In this document: one piece after another, positions 19,401-22,409 of the stretch
How the letters are laid out: each line of letters starts with the position of its first letter
Numbering within the stretch: position 1 is the first letter of the stretch
Assembly: GCA_965645245.1 (NCBI GenBank)
Contig: OZ287076.1
Location: forward strand, 2,294,001 to 2,316,409
Direction of reading: 5' to 3'
From: Massalongia carnosa
Taxonomy: Eukaryota
Length of the DNA stretch: 22,409 nt
Made by a program: the position numbers and the translations under genes
Notes under the pieces: model-generated
The model's database searches: none
What the model saw: the letters and a program-made list of their open reading frames with translations, nothing else
What the model was told of the DNA's origin: nothing

Positions 19401-20826
19401 CACAGTTGAAGCAGCATGTACGGAACAGTTTCGGACTTACGCCCACAAGCTCGCGGCTACGCAAGACCTCGGGCGCATTGTATTGGACGGGGCTCACTTG
19501 ACTATCACAGCGTCCGACTATCGCGAGGCTATGGTTGACCTCGCCCTGATCCGCAACGTCCGTACGCAGTTTTTTTACTTAACAGCTACTCTACCACCGA
19601 CAATACAAGCTAGATTTGAAGAGCAGAACAACTTGGTGAACCCCAAGGTGATTCGAGCATCGACGAACCGGCGAAATCTGTTCTATATAGTACAGCAGGC
19701 CACTGGGCGAGGGAGTCTGCTCGAAGAGGGCGCGCGGAGGGTAAGGGAGGCGTGGGAGAATAGCCAGCTCTTGGATCGGGCTCGAGATAAGATCATCTTA
19801 TACGTTCGGACAAAGGAAGATGCTGCTACGCTGGCTGAGCTACTCTGCTGCTCCCAGTACACAGCTGATATAGGCACGGCTGAGCAGAAGGAGGAGGTGC
19901 TGAGAATGTGGCCTGCCTCCTCGGACCAGCCGTACATGATGGCCACGTCTGCACTAAGCGCTGGCTTCGACTATGCCTACGTTCGCTTAGTTTTGCATAT
20001 CAAGGAGCCGTCGTCTTTAGTAGACTTCGCCCTTGAGTCTGGTCGGGCCGGGCGGAATAGAAAGGAGGCGTACTCGCTAGTCCTCCTCTCACCTACATGG
20101 AAGCCGCAAGCGGCTGAGAGTACCGCGGTCGAGAGAAGAGCGCTGCACCGCTATCTCCTCGGGCAGGACTGCCGCCGGGCATGCTTGAGTGAGCACCTCG
20201 ACTCGGAGCCGTATTGGCGACAGTGTCAGGCTGACGAGGACGTTGTATGCGACGTATGCAGCGCCGGCCCAGCTCTCGCTCCGTCTTCCGCTCCGTCTCG
20301 CGAGCCGGCTCTTCAGTATACTGGCAGTGCAGCTATCCAGGAGAAGCGACGTCGAGCCGAGCTCGAGTTAAGCCGGTACCAGGAGGACCTGCTCGCAGTT
20401 CAAGGCACGTGTCTGCTCTGCCAGGCATCCGACGATGCCTGGGACCACGCCTTCCCTACGTGCTGGCGTCGATTCTAGTTCTTTGAGGCTCGCAATCGTG
20501 TTAAGAAAGCGAAGCAAGGATGGCGGTGGATTACTCCGTACCACGCATGCTACTGGTGCTATAATTCCCAGGCCGTCTGTCCGCGAGCGGACCCAAAGAG
20601 TAACTGCCAGAGCTGCCTCTACGCAGAAATTGTCATGCCGCTCTGCTATGGCATCGTCCACGGAGGCGGGGCCGAGCAGTGGCTAGAAGAGCGGTTTCAG
20701 CGGACGTTTACAGACGTCGATGAATTTCTTAAGTGGTGTGGTCAGGCAGCTAGCTTCGGCGGGGGTAAGGCAATCTGGGGAGTCTGTGTAGCTGCGGCTG
20801 CCCTAATTGAATTTGAGTTATACTAG
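16481..20826 (+). pseudogene. TLH1: Full-length telomere-linked RecQ helicase (TLH-like) pseudogene, ~1,450 codons, oriented toward the telomere
   Basis: ATG at 16481. DUF3505-like CEEC...H and CLTC...HVSKAH. RecQ motifs MATGEGKS, LPLVSL, VLDGAH, LTATLP, ATSALSAGFD, ESGRAGR; Zn motif CRR...C...CDVC; C-terminal Cys clusters. One frameshift (~16722) and six in-frame stops (16511, 17701, 17881, 18457, 18964, 20476). Confidence 0.92.
17425..17477 (+). repeat. In-frame 24-bp perfect tandem duplication (DHFTAADS x2)
   Basis: GACCACTTCACCGCGGCCGACAGC at 17425 and 17449, plus a partial third copy GACCA. Confidence 0.95.
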
Positions 20827-20940
20827 GCTAGGTGTAAGGTAAAACGGGAGTTTAGACTAGGGTTGAGTTAATTATAATTTTAAAGTATAAAGTATCGAAT
20901 AGAGAAGGATTAATTATAAATAGGCAAATAGGCCATAGGG

Positions 20941-21425
20941 TCGATGCCTACTCCACAGCTTTCCTTCGCTTTTGCCTTTGCCTCAACTAATATACGGGCG
21001 TGAGTAAGCCGAGGCACTGCCTACGACCCCCCCCTCGGCGGCTGGCCCAATCCCTGGCGAGGTGCCCACGCCAGCCAGACCTAGGGTATTACATAATAGC
21101 CTAGATCCTACAAATACTGATTCTCCTCTACCAGAGCGGACGGCTCTACAGCTAGCCAAGCAGGTCCATAAATTTTCGGGCTGTACGCACGAGGAATATA
21201 CGGAGGCAGAAGGCAAGAACCAGACACATCACCGACGCCCCGATATACATTCAGAGTACTTCTCTATTCCGGGGATCACCTCGATGCTTAGGGGGAGCCA
21301 TGCCGGAGGAAGGCCACTGCCGGATGTCCTCAGTAACAGCAACAGCCTTAGATTTGCATGCCGAGGTGTCGACTGATTTCCTAGAGTCTACCCTTTACTG
21401 AAACTTATGGCTGATATACATTTTG
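20941..21425 (+). pseudogene. Diverged, internally deleted partial copy of the large ORF (equivalent to 8169-8569 plus 8774-8856)
   Basis: Direct nucleotide similarity; ~204-bp deletion at a CAA microhomology; many CA>TA and TG>TA differences. Confidence 0.93.
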
Positions 21426-22241
21426 TACGCCGCCGGATGGGTTGGGTATTACCCAACACAAAACCCAACCCAATAGGTTATCGTTGGGTTACCCAACAGA
21501 AAAAATCTGCGAGTGTAAATGATGACTACTAGCATGACCACCACAAAACACGAATGCAACAGTTATTATATAAGTTAGGATTTTTAATTATATGTAGATT
21601 TATTTTAATGACTATCACAAAGTGAATTGTAGATTTTTGATGAAACATTTATTTCGTTGACGTCGAACTACCAAAAAGATTTTTACAAATTCATATGCTA
21701 TCTTTTATCTTCTATCGAAATATGTCGCTCATTCATCGCTTTCTATTCAAAACTCGTAAAGAAAGTCTCTCGCTATCTCATTCTTTACTCTCTATCTTCT
21801 TGTCGCCCCCACCCTCCCCCCCCCTACTCTACCTCATCCTCCACCATACCCTTCTCCTCCTCCTACTCCTCAACCTTATCTACCACACCCTCCTCTTTTA
21901 AACCCTCCTCTATCACATTCTTCTCCATAATACCCTCCTCCCGCACACCATCCTCTATCATACCCTCCATTACCTCCTCGCTTGATGGAAGCCTAGCCCT
22001 TCTTGTACGCGTTACAATCCTTTTATTCTTATCGCGTTGCTCGGAAATGGAGTTTCTGTTATTGTAAGTTCGTTTCTTACCTTTCTGTAGAATAATTAGC
22101 TCTAGAAGACACGAAAGTAAGTGACTTGATGCTTATATCTCGCGCTAAGACCTGCTCAACCTGGGATAACCCAATTTGCGTTAAATAGTCCTCGTCATTG
22201 TCATCGTCTTCCTCTTAACTAATGTAGGCCTTCTGAAAAGC
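21426..22241 (-). mobile_element. Probable hAT-like DNA transposon end with a degraded acidic coding tail, truncated by the telomere
   Basis: Abrupt start at TACGCCGCCGG, then clustered GTTGGGT/ACCCAAC repeats (21441, 21451, 21463, 21483, 21491), an AT-rich spacer, and a minus-strand D/E-rich broken frame (AYIS*EEDDDNDEDY). No transposase catalytic domain is visible. Confidence 0.45.
21806..21980. repeat. C/T-rich low-complexity tract (degenerate ~15-bp GAGGAGGGT-containing units on the minus strand)
   Basis: Recurrent ACCCTCC(TC) motifs with strong strand skew. Confidence 0.7.
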
Positions 22242-22409
22242 TTAGGGTTAGGGTTAGGGTTAGGGTTAGGGTTAGGGTTAGGGTTAGGGTTAGGGTTAGG
22301 GTTAGGGTTAGGGTTAGGGTTAGGGTTAGGGTTAGGGTTAGGGTTAGGGTTAGGGTTAGGGTTAGGGTTAGGGTTAGGGTTAGGGTTAGGGTTAGGGTTA
22401 GGGTTAGGG
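22242..22409 (+). repeat. Telomere, (TTAGGG)28
   Basis: 168 bp of perfect TTAGGG running to the end of the sequence. Confidence 0.99.

Noticed and set aside
21657..22067. 136-aa Ser/Pro/Ile-rich plus-strand ORF
   Set aside because: It is a by-product of the C/T-rich low-complexity tract; the coding-like signal is on the opposite strand.

Overview
This is the terminal 22.4 kb of a filamentous ascomycete chromosome, ending in 28 perfect TTAGGG repeats (22242-22409). It is a mosaic subtelomere. From left to right it holds: the 5' end of a self-priming (Tf1-type) Ty3/Gypsy element; an apparently intact two-exon HNH nuclease gene; a decayed Ty1/Copia element whose RT carries a ~260-bp insert with box C/D geometry; a probable further LTR remnant; a very large uncharacterised ORF (~1,320 aa once a 1-nt homopolymer frameshift is repaired); a 79-bp TA-flanked MITE-like palindrome; two partial and one full-length telomere-linked RecQ helicase (TLH) pseudogenes; the 3' end of another Gypsy element; a RIP-mutated partial copy of the large ORF; and a hAT-like end onto which the telomere is joined abruptly. 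The most interesting signal is that the TLH proteins carry, between a DUF3505-like Zn domain and the RecQ domain, a motif set matching a tyrosine recombinase catalytic domain (R...K...xxxR...H-x8-Y). The H-x8-Y part recurs in a second, divergent copy. All family assignments come from motif recognition by eye; no searches were run.
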